DNA from: the human T2T-CHM13v2.0 reference genome, Homo sapiens
Length of the DNA stretch: 64,000 nt
Direction: 5' to 3' (one strand)
NCBI RefSeq assembly: GCF_009914755.1
Contig: NC_060939.1
Shown: positions 44,401 through 56,680 of the stretch, piece after piece
Layout: every line of letters starts with the position of its first letter
Numbering within the stretch: position 1 is the stretch's first letter
The notes under the pieces: generated by a model
Told to the model about the DNA's origin: nothing
Database searches by the model: none
What the model saw: the letters and a program-made list of their open reading frames with translations, nothing else
Position numbers and translations under genes: made by a program

Positions 44401-46883
44401 AAAATTCAAAATAATGATATTTTAAAAGCTCATTTAGATAAAAACATAGATATACAATAAAAAGAAATCAGAAAAGTAATTCACAATATAAATGAGAAAC
44501 TTACCAAAGAGATAGGATACCATAAAGAAGAACCAAACAGAAATCCTGGAATTAAAGAATTCAATGAATGAAATAAAATATACATTCAAGAGCTTTGACA
44601 ATAAACTCGATCAATTAGAAGAAAAAAATTTCAGAACTTTAAGATAAGTCTTTTGAAATAACAGTCAGACAAAAATAAAGAAAAATAATAAAAAAAAAGA
44701 ATGAACAAAACCAACATGACATATGGGACACCACAAAGTGCCCAAATATTTGAATTCTTAGTGTTCTAGAAAGTGCAGAAAAGACCAAAGGGGTAGAAAA
44801 TCAATTTAAGAAAATAATAGCTGAAAATTTCCCAAGCATATCAAGAGATTTAGGCATACAGATACAGGGAGCTCAGAAATCCTCAAAATGATACAACCTG
44901 GAAAGGTCTTCCTCACTACACGGAGTAGTCAAACAGTCAAAAATCAAAGACAAAGACAAAATTCTAAAACAGCAAGAAAAAAAGTATCTAGTCACTTATA
45001 AGATAAATCCCAACTGACAAACAACAAATTTCTCAACAGAAACCTCACAGGCCAGGAAAGAATGGGTTGATACATTCAAAATGCTGAAACAAACAAAACA
45101 ATGCCAACCAAAAATACTATACCCAGCAAGGTTAACCTTTATAAATGAAGGGAAAATAAAGTATTTCTCAGATAAGCAATAGCTGAGGAAATCCATTACC
45201 ACTATACCAGACCTACAAAAAATGCTTAAGAGGGTCCTATACCACAAAGAAAAAAAGCAGTATCTATCATGCATTGTATCATGAAAACACACACAAGCAT
45301 AAAACCCACTGGTCAAGCAACCACACAAATAAAAAAGAGAAAGGATTCAACTATTGCCACTACAGAAAGCCACCAAACCACAATGACAATAAGATAGAAA
45401 AGAGGAACAAAGGATATACCAAATAATAATAAAACAATTAATGAAATGACAGGAATAAGCCTTAACATATCAATAATAATCTTGAATATGAATGGATTAA
45501 ACTTCCACTTAAAAGATATAGAATGGCTGAATGAATATAAAAAGTGTGACCCAACTATATGCTGTTCACAAGAAACTGACCTCACTAATAAAGACTGAAG
45601 CTAAAAAGGACTGAGAAAGATATTCCATGCAAATGGAACCCACAAGTGACCAAAAGTCACTGTACGTATAATAGATAAAACATATTTAAAATCAAAAACA
45701 GTGAAAAGAAACAAAGAATGTCATTATATAATGATAAAGGGACCAATTCAGCCAGAAAGTATAACAATTCTCATATATGCATCTAGTACAGGAGCACCTA
45801 GATATATAAAGCAAAAATTACTATTTCTAAAGGGAGAGATAGACTCCAATGCAATACAATTGGAGTCTTTAGCACTCCACTCTCAGCATTAGACAGAACA
45901 TTTTGAAAGAAAATTAACAAAGAATCATTGGATGTAAACTGCACTTCAGATCAAATGGATTTAACAGACATTTAAAGAATATTTTATTAAACAGCTACAG
46001 AATACACATTCTTCTCATCAGCACATAGAAAATTATCTACAATAGACTATATGTTAGATTATAAAATAGGTCTCAACAATTTTTTTAAAAAATCAAAATT
46101 ATATCAAGTATCTTCTCAGACTACAATGGAATAAAAATAGAAATAAATAACAGTAAGACCATAGAAAACTGTACAAATTCATGGAAAGTAAACAACATGC
46201 TACAAAGTGACCAGCGGGTCAATGAAGCAAATCAAAAAAATTTTTGAAACAAAAATTAAAACACAACATTCCAAAATCTATGGGATACAGCAAAAACATT
46301 AAGAGGGAAGTTTATAGCAATAAATGCCTACAACAAAAAGTGGAAAGATTTCAAGTAAACAATCTCATGATCTACCTCAAAAAATAAGAAAAGCAATAAT
46401 ACACCAAATTCAAAATTAGTAGAAGAAAAGAAATAATAAAGATCAGAGAAGACCTAAACATAATAGAGACTAAAAATACAAAGGATTAGTGAAATGAGAA
46501 GTTGGAATAAAGTGATAAACTGCTAGCTAGACTAACTGAGGAAAAAGGAGAAGAAAACCAAAAAAATCAGAAATAAAAAAGGAGACATTTCAACTGATAC
46601 CATAGAAATACAAAAGATCGGAGACTATTAGCAACAGCTATATGCTAACTAACTGGAAAACCTAGAGGAACTAAACATATTCCTGGACACATTCAACCTA
46701 CAAAGATTGAATCAGGAGGCAACAGAAAATCCAAAGAGACAAGAAACAAGTAATGATACTGAATCACTAATAAAAAATAAATCCCAACAAAGAAAAGCTC
46801 ATGACTGGATGGCTTCATTGCTAAATTCTACTACATTTACAGAAAAGAACTAATATCAATTCTTTTCAAACTATTCCCCCACC

Positions 46884-46911
46884 AAAAAAAAAAAAAAAAA
46901 AAAAAAAAAAA
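46884..46911. repeat. A28 homopolymer inside L1 ORF2
   Basis: Read directly from the sequence. Confidence 0.95.
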
Positions 46912-48077
46912 GGAATTCTCCTTAACTAAATCTGAGATGAGGTCATCATCATTCTGATACCAAAAGCAGACAAGAATGCAACAAATAAAGAAAAATATAG
47001 GCCAATATAAATGCAAATGAGCTTAACAAAACACTAGCAAACAGAACTCAACAGTTCATCCAAAAGATTATACACCATAATCCAGTGGGTTTTATACATG
47101 GGATGGAAGGATGGTCTCATGTACACAAATCAATAAATGTGATACATTACCTCAACAGAACAAAGAACAAAAAATGTAATCATCTCAAAAGATCCAGAAA
47201 AAGCATTTGATAAAATTTAGAATTCTTTCATGATAAAAACTCTTAACAAACTAGGCATGGAAGAAACATACCTCAACATAATATAGGCCATATATGACAA
47301 ACCCACAACTAACATCATACTGAATGGGAAAAAGCTGAAAGTCTTAAAGAACTGGAAGAAGACAAGGATACTAACTTTCACCACTTCTACTCAAAATAGC
47401 AGTAGAAGTCCTAGTTAGAGAAATAAGGCAAGATAAAGAAATAAGAGGCATTTAAATTGGAAAAAAGGAAGTCAAATTGTCCCTCTTTACAGATAACATG
47501 ATCTTGTATCTAGAAAAAGCTCCACCAGAAAAATAAAACATAGAGCTTATAGATTCAGTAAAGTTGCAAAATATAAAACCATATGAAAAAATTTATTAAC
47601 AGAAATTTTTATTTTTCATACAGTTTTATATTTTGCAACTTTACTGAATTTATTTTTCATTTCTACACACCAATAATAAACTAGCAGAGAATAACAAATC
47701 AAGAAAACAATACCATTTAAAATAGCTACAAATATAAAATACCTTAAAATACATTTAACCAAGGAGGTGAAAGATTTCCACAAACAAAAATGCAAAACAC
47801 TGATGAAAGAAATTGAAGAGGACACAAACAAAAAGACATCCCATGCTCATGGATTGGAAGAACTAATATTGCTAAAATAACCATAGTACCCAAAACAATC
47901 TAGAGTTTCAATGCAATCTCATCAAAATACCAATGTCATTTTTCCCAGAAATACAAAAAAAAAAAATTCTGAAATATGTATGGAATAAAAAAAAGAGCCC
48001 AAAGAACCAAAGCAATTGTAAGTAAAAAGAGCAAAGCTGGAGTCATCACAGTATCTCACTTCAAAATATATTACAAG

Positions 48078-48355
48078 GGTTTGGTGTGGCGGCTCATGCC
48101 TATAATCCCAGCACTTTGAGAGGCCAGTGTGGGGGGTTGCTTGAGCCCAGGAGTTCAAGACCAGCCTGAGTAACATAGTGAGACTCTGTTTCTACCAAAA
48201 GTAAATATATTTGGTCATGGTGGCACATGCCTGTAGTCCCAGCTACTCAGGGGGCTGAGGCTGAAGGATTGCTTGAGTTCAGGAATTTGACACTGCAGTG
48301 AGCTATGTATGACTGCACCAATGCACTCTTGCCAGAGTGATAGAGCAAGACCTCA
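48078..48355 (+). mobile_element. AluJ with no recognisable poly(A) tail
   Basis: ttgcttgagcccaggagttcaagacc; gctgaaggattgcttgag; TSD atatattacaagg on both sides. Confidence 0.93.
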
Positions 48356-51300
48356 CACCCTTCTTAATATATATTACAAGGCTATAGTAACCAAAAAATG
48401 CTTGGTATTAGTATAAAAACAGTCACATAAAACATTGGAACTAAATAGAAAACCCAAAAATAAATTCACATATTTATAGCCAAGTGATTTTCAACAAAAG
48501 CCCCAGGAACATACATTGGAGAAAGGACAGCTTCTTTAATAAATGGTGCTTGGAACACCACACAGCAAAGGAAACAATCAATAGAGTGAAGAGACAAAGA
48601 GACAACATTTTGAATGACAGAAAATATTTGTAAGTTATTCATCTGGCAAGAGAATAATATTCACAGTATACAAGGAACTGAAACAACCTAACAGTAAAAA
48701 ACAAAACAAAGCAAACAAACAAAAACCAATCTCATTAAAAGGTGGGCAACAGGCATGAAGAGATAATGTCAGAAAATAAGAAATACAAATGGCCAACAAG
48801 TATATAAAAAATGCTCAACATATCTAATTATTAGGAAAATTCAAATCAAAACCATGATAAGATACAATCTTACCTCAGTTAGAATTGCTATTGCTAAAAT
48901 GACAAAAAATAACAGATGCTGGAGAGGATGTAGAGAAAATGCAACTCTTGTATACTTTTGGTGGGAATGTAAATTAGTACAGCCACTATAGAAAAAAGCT
49001 TGAAGATTTCTCAAAAAAGTAAAAATAGAACTAACATGTAATCCAGCAATCCCACTACTGGGTATTTATTCAAAGAAAAGGAAATCAGTATATCAAAGTG
49101 ACATCTCCACCGCCATGTTTATTGCAGCACTATTCTCAATAGCAAAGATATAAAATCAGTCTAAGTGTTCATCAATGGACGAATGGACAAAGAAAACATG
49201 GCATATATACACAATGGAATACTATTTGGTCATAGTAAAGAATGAAATTATGTCATTTGCAGCAACATGGACAAAACTGGAGGCATTATGTTAAGTGAAA
49301 TAAATCAGACACTGAAAGACAAATACTGCATGTTCTTATTCATCTGTGGGAGCTAAAATATTTGATCTCATAAAGGTAGAAAGGAGAATGATAGGTATCA
49401 GAGGCTGGTGGGATATGTGGATTGGTGTGGTTATAAAGAGAAGTTTGTTAATGGGTACAAATATACAGTTAGATAGAAGAAATGAGTTCTAATGTTTGAT
49501 GGCAGAGCATTGTGACTATAATTAACAATGTATTATATATTTCAGAATACCTAGAAGAGAGGACTTGAGATATTGCCAACACAGAAATGGTAAATACTTG
49601 AAGTGATGGACAACCTAAATATCCTGACATGATTATTACCCATTCTATGCATGTAACAAGATATCACATGTATGCTATAAATAACTGCAAATATTATGTA
49701 TCAATCAAAAAATTAAAATTGGAATTATCAAAGATTATGTGATCCAGGAAAAATATTGCTAACAAGGACGTTTACAGCATTAAATGCCTGTATTAGAACA
49801 TATGGGAGCTCTAAAATCAATACCTCCAAGCTGCCACTTAGAGAAGAAAATTTAAGCATAAAGCAAGCAGAGAAAACAAATAGAACAGTAACCAATTAAA
49901 TTGAAAACAGTAAAAGAATTGTGAAAATTTAAAAAGCCTAACAGCTAATTTTTGAGAAGATAAATAAAATTGGTAAACATCAGGCTGGGCTAACCAATGA
50001 AGAAAGAGAAGACACAAATTATTAATATTAAAAATTAAAGAGAGGTTATACAAACTGAGCTCACTGACACTGAAAGGATACTATAGAAATACCATAAATA
50101 AATCTATTAGCAAAAATGTTGATAACGCGGATGAAATAAACCAATTCCTTGAACAATGCGATTCATAAAAACTTGCACAAAAATGAAAGCGCTACATCCA
50201 TCTTGTTTCACTGGGAAGTTTGTATCAACATATGGGAAAAATAATTCTAATTCTCCGCAATCCTTTGCAGAAAATAAAAGCAGAGAAAAATTTTTCTAAC
50301 CCATTCTTGAGGCTAGCATCACCCTTAAACTGAAACCAGAAGGAGGAGGAGGAGGAAGAGAAGCTACAGTATCTATCATAAACATAAACAGAAAAACCTT
50401 TTAAAAAATTAGCAAATCAAATTCAATAATGACTGAAAAGAGTTATGCACCATGGTGAGATGAAAGTTTTTCCAGATATGTAAGACTGATTCAACATTAG
50501 AAAATACCGGGATGTAATCTACCATATCAACAGGCTAAGGAAGAAATGTCATAGGATTCTATCAGTTGACATTGAAAAAGCATTTTAGAAAATTCAATAC
50601 TCATTCATGATAAAAATTCTCAGCAAACTAGAAATAAAGGGAAACTACTTTAACTTGATGGACAAGTCAAAAACCAATTGCTAACCTCATACTTAGTAAG
50701 ACACTAAGAGTTTATGCCCTAAAATTGAGAACAAAGCAAAGAGGTCATCTCTTACCAATATTGTTCAAAATATTTGTGGAAATTCTAGTTAGTGCAATGA
50801 TAGGAATAATAATTATAAAACGTACACCAATTGAAAAGGAAGGAATAAAAATGCCTTATTTACCAATGGCAATACTGTCACTCTAGAAAATCTCAAAGAA
50901 TCTACATTAATACTTTTGAAACCAATAAGTGGGAATAACAAGACTGCAGGCCTCGAGGTTAACATAAAATGTTAATTTTTTTCATAAGTACCATTTACAA
51001 TAAACTCCTCCTCCCAAAATAAACATTTACATATAAATCTAATACATGTACAGAATCTATATGCAGAAAAATGATAAAATACAGATGAAAACAATCAGAG
51101 TATCTAAATAGAGAGTCCATATGCATGGATTGAAAGACCCAATATTAAAACATATAGTCCGTATTTTTTATTGATATCTTCAATGCAACCCTAGTCAAAA
51201 TCTCAGCAAGTTATTTTGTAAGTATCAACAACCTGGTTCTAAAGTTTATATGGAGAAACAAAGGACATAGAATAACCAAATACTGAAGAAGAAAGGTGTA

Positions 51301-53189
51301 AAACTTTTATGAACCAGTTTTTCAAGACTTACTATAAAACTACAGTAATTAAGATAGTGTACTATTGGGAAAAAAAATTGCCAGATAGTTTGGTTGAACA
51401 GAACAGAGAGGCCCAAAATAGATCTGTGTGAATATAGTAAACTGATCTTTGATGATGTAACAAAGTAAATTCAATGAAGAAAGTATAATATTTACAACAA
51501 AGGATGGTAGGACAATTGGATATCCCCATGCAAAAAGAAAGAAAAAAAAAAAAAGACAGAAAAAAGCAAATGAAAAAAGAAAGAACCTTACACCTTACAA
51601 AAAAGTGAATTCCAAAGGGATGATAGACCTAAATGTGAGATACAAAATTGTAAAATTTATTTAAGGAAACATAAGAGAAAACCTAAATTATGTTGGGTTT
51701 GGTGACAAGTGTTCAAATACAATGCAAATAGTATGATTCATGAAAAAATTGGTAAGTTGTACTTTAGTAAAATTGAAAACTTTTGCTCTAGGAAAGACAC
51801 TGTTGAAAAAGTAAAAAGACAAGGTATAGACTAGGAGAAATATTTACATAACACACATCTGATAAATGACTTGTATCCAAAATATACAAAGACATAAAAA
51901 ATATCAAAACTTAATAATAAGAAAAATAATTCTTATTTTAGGAAATAGGCTAAAGATCTGAATTAATACCTCACCACAGAAAATACACATATGGCAAATA
52001 AACACATGAAAAGCTGCTCAACATAATTTGTCCTTTGGGAAACACAGATTAAAAGAACAATAAGATACCATTGCATACCTAGCAGAATGGCTTAAAAAAA
52101 AATTCAGTACCAAATACTAGAGAGGATGCAGAGCAGCAGGGACCATTGTTGATCCAAATGCAAAATGGTACTGCTACTTTGGAAGACAGTTTAGCAGTTT
52201 CTTTCAAAGTTAAACATAGCCTTACCATATTATCCAGCAATTGTACACCTAGATATTTACCTAGTTTCTATAAATATAAGAAAACATATATTTATACAAT
52301 ACCTGCACATAAATGGGTATAAAAGCTGTACTCATAATGACAAAAAAAACTGAAAAAAGACATTCTTCAATAGGTGAATGGATAACTAAATAGTGGTACA
52401 TTTATAGACTGGAATACTAGTCAATAATATAGTGACGTGAGCTATCAAAACCTCAAAGGACTGAACTTCAAATGCACGTTGCTAAGTGAAAAAAGCCAGT
52501 CTGAACTACATATGATATAATTTCAATTAGATGACATGCAAAAGGCAAATCAATAAAGATGGTAATTGATCAATAGTTGCAAGAGACATAGCAATGACTG
52601 ATTCTTAAAGTATGCAAAGTAAATTATATATATATTTGTGTCTATATATATAAAGACATTTAGGCATGTATACAAAGTCATTTAGGATGTTGGAGGATTC
52701 TAGAATGTAAGGCAGACTCTGGTAAAATAATCGAATTGTATTACAGATATGTGAACAACCTCACCAAATGAGGTTCAGGAAAAGGTGTTAATCTAAGTAA
52801 ATTTGGAAATGTGCATAGTCTGTAAAACTAAGGCAAAATAACTTTTATACAGCAATGTAATCTAATTAGTAAAGCTGTTTCTCATGGAAATATGGGTTAA
52901 TAATTCTGAAACCACTATACAAAATACTGGCATTGAACAATCACATAAATGGATGGCAGATGATGTAAGGCAGGGTTCTCACTATCAGAATGGCAGTTAC
53001 AGACAAACAAGGGGATAAGACTAGAATGACCCAGATGGTAATATATTTGAGTTGGACACCTCAGTATGAGTTCATAATTAGCTTAGCATAATAGAGATGG
53101 TAATGCATTGAAAAATTTATAGATATTTATATATATACACAGGTTAGCATACACATTTATGTTTCCTTGTTTTGCCTACTGAGAGGGCC

Positions 53190-54149
53190 TCACTCAGTGG
53201 CAACAAGGATACTTACAATCCACAGATCTTGGTTTCTATGCCGTTCTCCAATCAAAGGAATGGGAGCCACTTGGAGAAATTGGCTAGTTCTGATACAGAA
53301 GGGCTGGGCTCCCAGCTAAACCCCACCCTTAAGCCTGGAACCGTGGCCCTAAGTGAAAACAGCTGACCTCGTTTTTCTGCCCAAATGTTGCCTTTTTGGC
53401 TCGCCCCTATCCTGTTCCCATAAAAGACTTCAGGTGGCGGAGCAACACAAGCAGCTGAACATCACGGCTACAAGTGGCTGAGTAGTGAGCAGAGAAGCAT
53501 CGGAGATTACGGATAGACACTGCTAACTTCAGATGGTGCAGCTTCTAGGAGGGGCCCAGCCGGAGACCGCCAGGCTTCAGGGAATGATCAGCTTCCCATC
53601 CCCTTTCCAGCCTCCCTTTTTGCTGAGAGCCACCCACTGCTCAATAAAATCTTCCAAATTCATTACCTTTCAAATGGTTCGTGTGACTTGATTCTTCCTG
53701 GACGCTAGACAAGAACCTGGGCGCCGAGAGGGCAGGGGCTGCCACTCTGACCCTCCACTGAGCAGGTTGGCACTTGGCTGTCCCCGGATGGCAGAGGTGA
53801 AAGAGCATTGGTTGTAACACATTTGGATGCTGCTCAGAAGCTTCTCTGCTCACCACTGAGCCACTTGTAGCCTTGATGCTCAGCTGCTCGTGTTGCTCCA
53901 CCACCTGAAGTCTTTTATGGGCACAGGATAGGGGCAAGCCAAAAAGGCAACATTTGGACAGAAAAACGGGGTCAACTGTTTTCACTTAGGGCCACGGTTG
54001 CAGGCTTAAAGGGTGGGGTTTAGCTGGGAGCCCAGCCCTTCTGTATCAGAATTAGCCAATTTCTCCAAGGAGCTCCCTTTCCTTTGATTGGAGAATGGCA
54101 TAGAAACCAAGATCTCTGGATGGTAAGTATCCTTGTTGCCACTGAGTGA
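53190..54149. repeat. Inverted repeat with ~310-bp arms (53190-53498 and 53840-54149) and a 341-bp spacer
   Basis: Hand alignment gives 19 substitutions plus 1 single-base indel. Confidence 0.97.
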
Positions 54150-54344
54150 TGCTGCTTTGGGGCCCACACAAAGCCTGCTGTTGCCAGATGAGCAACAAGT
54201 CAGTCCCAGCGTTGGTTCATTCTGGTTCCCATATTAGCTCGCTCACACAGTCCCTCCTATGAGAAGTGGCCAGTCATGGGCGGAATGAAATGAGCCACTC
54301 CAGTTCCCACCCGCGAATGGGGTCAAGGGAACAATCCCATCTCA
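53291..54344 (+). mobile_element. MER50B (ERV1) solo LTR carrying an internal inverted insertion
   Basis: TGATACAGAAGGGCTGGGCTCCC...GGGAACAATCCCATCTCA with TG...CA termini; AATAAA at ~53643; 4-bp TSD GTTC at 53287-53290 and 54345-54348. Confidence 0.9.
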
Positions 54345-55809
54345 GTTCTAGGGCCACGACTGGAAATATACAAAATGAACCTGGACCATTTTGTAGTACC
54401 AGAAAGTAAGAAACTGCTAAAAAAGTAATTAAATATGCATATGCAATGGAGGGAGATATCAAAGGTATGTAGAGAAGAATGGAAAGAGCTCCCAATGCCC
54501 AAAGCTGGAACAATTTGAGTAAGAAAATAAAGTAGTATTGGATAACTGAAAGTATAAAGTAATTATACATGAGTTAATACTGATATAAATAAATGATTGA
54601 ACAAATACATAAATGATTAGATAAATAGTGGAGAACAGACGAATCTCTCCTGTGGAAGAATTCCAAATAATTTATGTAGATACTCCACCTTCAAGGAGGT
54701 GAATCATAACTCCTCACACTTTACATAGTAATTTTCTTCCAAAGAGTACTGTGTGGAAAGTGATACAACACAGTAACTTCACAGTGGAGAAACCTGGCAA
54801 ACACTGTCCCAGCCAGGTGATTATGGTTAGCATCAACAATGTTAAGCCATGCAGATAGTATATACCCTTGGTGTAATGGGAGGAAAATGGTACTTTGCCT
54901 CTGTGGGTCTTCTTTGCCAAACACATAACCTCAGCCTACAAAACATTAGACAAATCTCAAATGAGGGACACTTTACCAAATACCTGACCATTAATTCTCA
55001 AAACTGTCAAGGTCATCAAAAACATCTGAGAAACCGTCACAGCCAAGAGAGGACTATGAAGACATGATGAAGTGTATTGTGGTGTCCTGGGTGGATAGAA
55101 ATAGGGCATTAGGTCAAAGCTAATTTGAATAAATATATGAACTTTAATTTTTAAAAATTGCTTTCAATCAACAGTCACTCATCACATCTGTTTATTTTTA
55201 TTTAGTTGCATCATCAGCTGTGAATTAACCTCAGCCCACACCTCTTCTGCTGCCTTTGAATACTGGGAAAGAGATTGTCTGTACTTTGTTTTCAGTGCCT
55301 TTAACTAACACTAGTTACCTCACAGGAAAACCAGCCCTTTTAACCTGCCAGTTGAATTCTACACATCGAATTAGATCTACAAGCCCTTTTAACCTGCCAG
55401 TTGAATTCTACACATGAAATTCAATTTGATGCCTCTTGGAAACTAGTCCTCAATCCAACCTAGGAAAGGAGGCCAGAACTGCCTTCTGCAGTTGTCATGG
55501 TGAAACTATATTGTTCCTGATAGATATCTGTGATACAGGGCTTGAACCTAGCTGTAATCTGGTATATCTCTTCCAAGAAGCAACATTTGTTATTCAGAAT
55601 GTTGAATTTATGAGCTTGTGCTAGTTTTCTTTCCTGCATCTGGAATCTCACCTATCAGCTATGCAAGTTAATTTAACCAGAGCAATTAATCTCTTTTCCA
55701 GGAAGCATTTAAAAGCAAACAATTTATTCTGTAGTTGATAGCATGTTGCTTAGAATATTAATAAACATCATAGAAGTTTATGTTATGTCATCTTTACAAA
55801 ATTAAAATC

Positions 55810-56680
55810 CACTAATTCACTTAACAAATATTTATTAAGCATCTACTATATTCAAAACACTTCAATAGCCTAGGCAATACATCTCTACAAAAAATAAAAG
55901 TATAAAAATAAAAAATAAAATTTAGCCAGGTGTGGCGGTGAGCGCCTGTAGCCCTAGCTACTCGGGAGGTTGAGGCTGGAGAACTGCTTGAGCCCAGAAG
56001 TTCCAGGTTTCAGTGATCTGTGATAGTGCCATTTCATTTCAGCCTGGGCCACGGAATGAGACCCTGACTCTAAATAAAATAATAAAACAAAAGAACAAAG
56101 AAACACATACACTCCACTAAGCACTGGGACATTTCAAAATGAAAGATCTCTGCCTTCCTAGAGTTCTCAATATACCTGGGGAGATCAAAGAACTGACCAA
56201 ATGTTTCTAACTCAAGGCATTATACGGTGGTCATTCCTATAGCACTGAAAACTTTCTGAGAAGATCAAGGCATTGCAGGAGGGGAAGATCAGAAAAGACT
56301 TCTTTGAAGTGGTCTTTGGAGGCCTCTAGGATGGTAATAAGTAAAATCAGTATTAGAGGGTCCTCTGGGAGGAATAAATGGAAAAGGCAGGTGGTAAAGT
56401 AGGGCAAGCACTTTGGAGGATAGAATTTGGAGAAAGCTGTGTTGAGTAGAGTGACGAAGATAAGAACGCATTACTGAGATGGTGAAAGCAAAGCAAAAGA
56501 GTTAAACTTTTATTTGATAGGCAATGAAAAGCCACTGAAGGAAGCCATTTGTGATCATAAAAGTGCCATGATCAGATTGGAATCATTCTGGCATCAATGT
56601 AAAGGACACATGGAAAGAGGTACATGTGCAGATTTTTTTCAGGCTCGATATTTGCAATCAGTGCTCATGATCAACTGCAG
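55810..56680 (-). mobile_element. L2 fragment interrupted by an AluJ
   Basis: aattcacttaacaaatatttattaagcatctactata...; ctctgccttcctagagttctcaatatacctgggg; ataggcaatgaaaagccactgaagg. Confidence 0.75.
55867..56100 (+). mobile_element. 5'-truncated AluJ
   Basis: Right arm ctgcttgagcccagaagttccagg...gagaccctgactct followed by an A-rich tail. Confidence 0.9.

Larger units (their letters stand above)
42924..49712 (+). mobile_element. Near-full-length L1MA4/L1MA4A-type element (inactive)
   Basis: 5' ggggtttcaagatggctgactag with a YY1 site; ORF1 ~44300-45300; ORF2 from atgacaggaataagcc, with RT remnant ctctttacagataacatgatcttgtatctagaaaa; 3' end ...atattatgtatcaatcaaaaaa; degenerate TSD aaaataaaaatt/aaaattaaaatt; many stops and an internal deletion near 48555. 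Confidence 0.9.
40000..55150 (+). mobile_element. Long L1MC/MD-type element (5' UTR, ORF1, ORF2, long 3' UTR) in pieces: ~40000-42923, ~49716-53290, 54349-~55150
   Basis: ORF1-like 40800-41800; EN-like 42130-42900; ORF2 resumes collinearly at 49716; 3' UTR cagatcttggtttct..ttctccaatcaaaggaa, acagtggagaaacctggcaaacact, aaaactgtcaaggtcatcaaa. Confidence 0.85.

Noticed and set aside
42924-49712. Retrotransposition-competent L1
   Set aside because: Old subfamily with no long ORFs, an Alu insertion and an internal deletion
53840-54048. Second independent antisense MER50B insertion
   Set aside because: The copy continues ~100 bp into the host L1 flank shared with the first copy, so it is a local duplication
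55333-55415. Repeat-spacer-repeat resembling CRISPR
   Set aside because: Only two copies with a 15-nt spacer, in primate DNA with no cas genes
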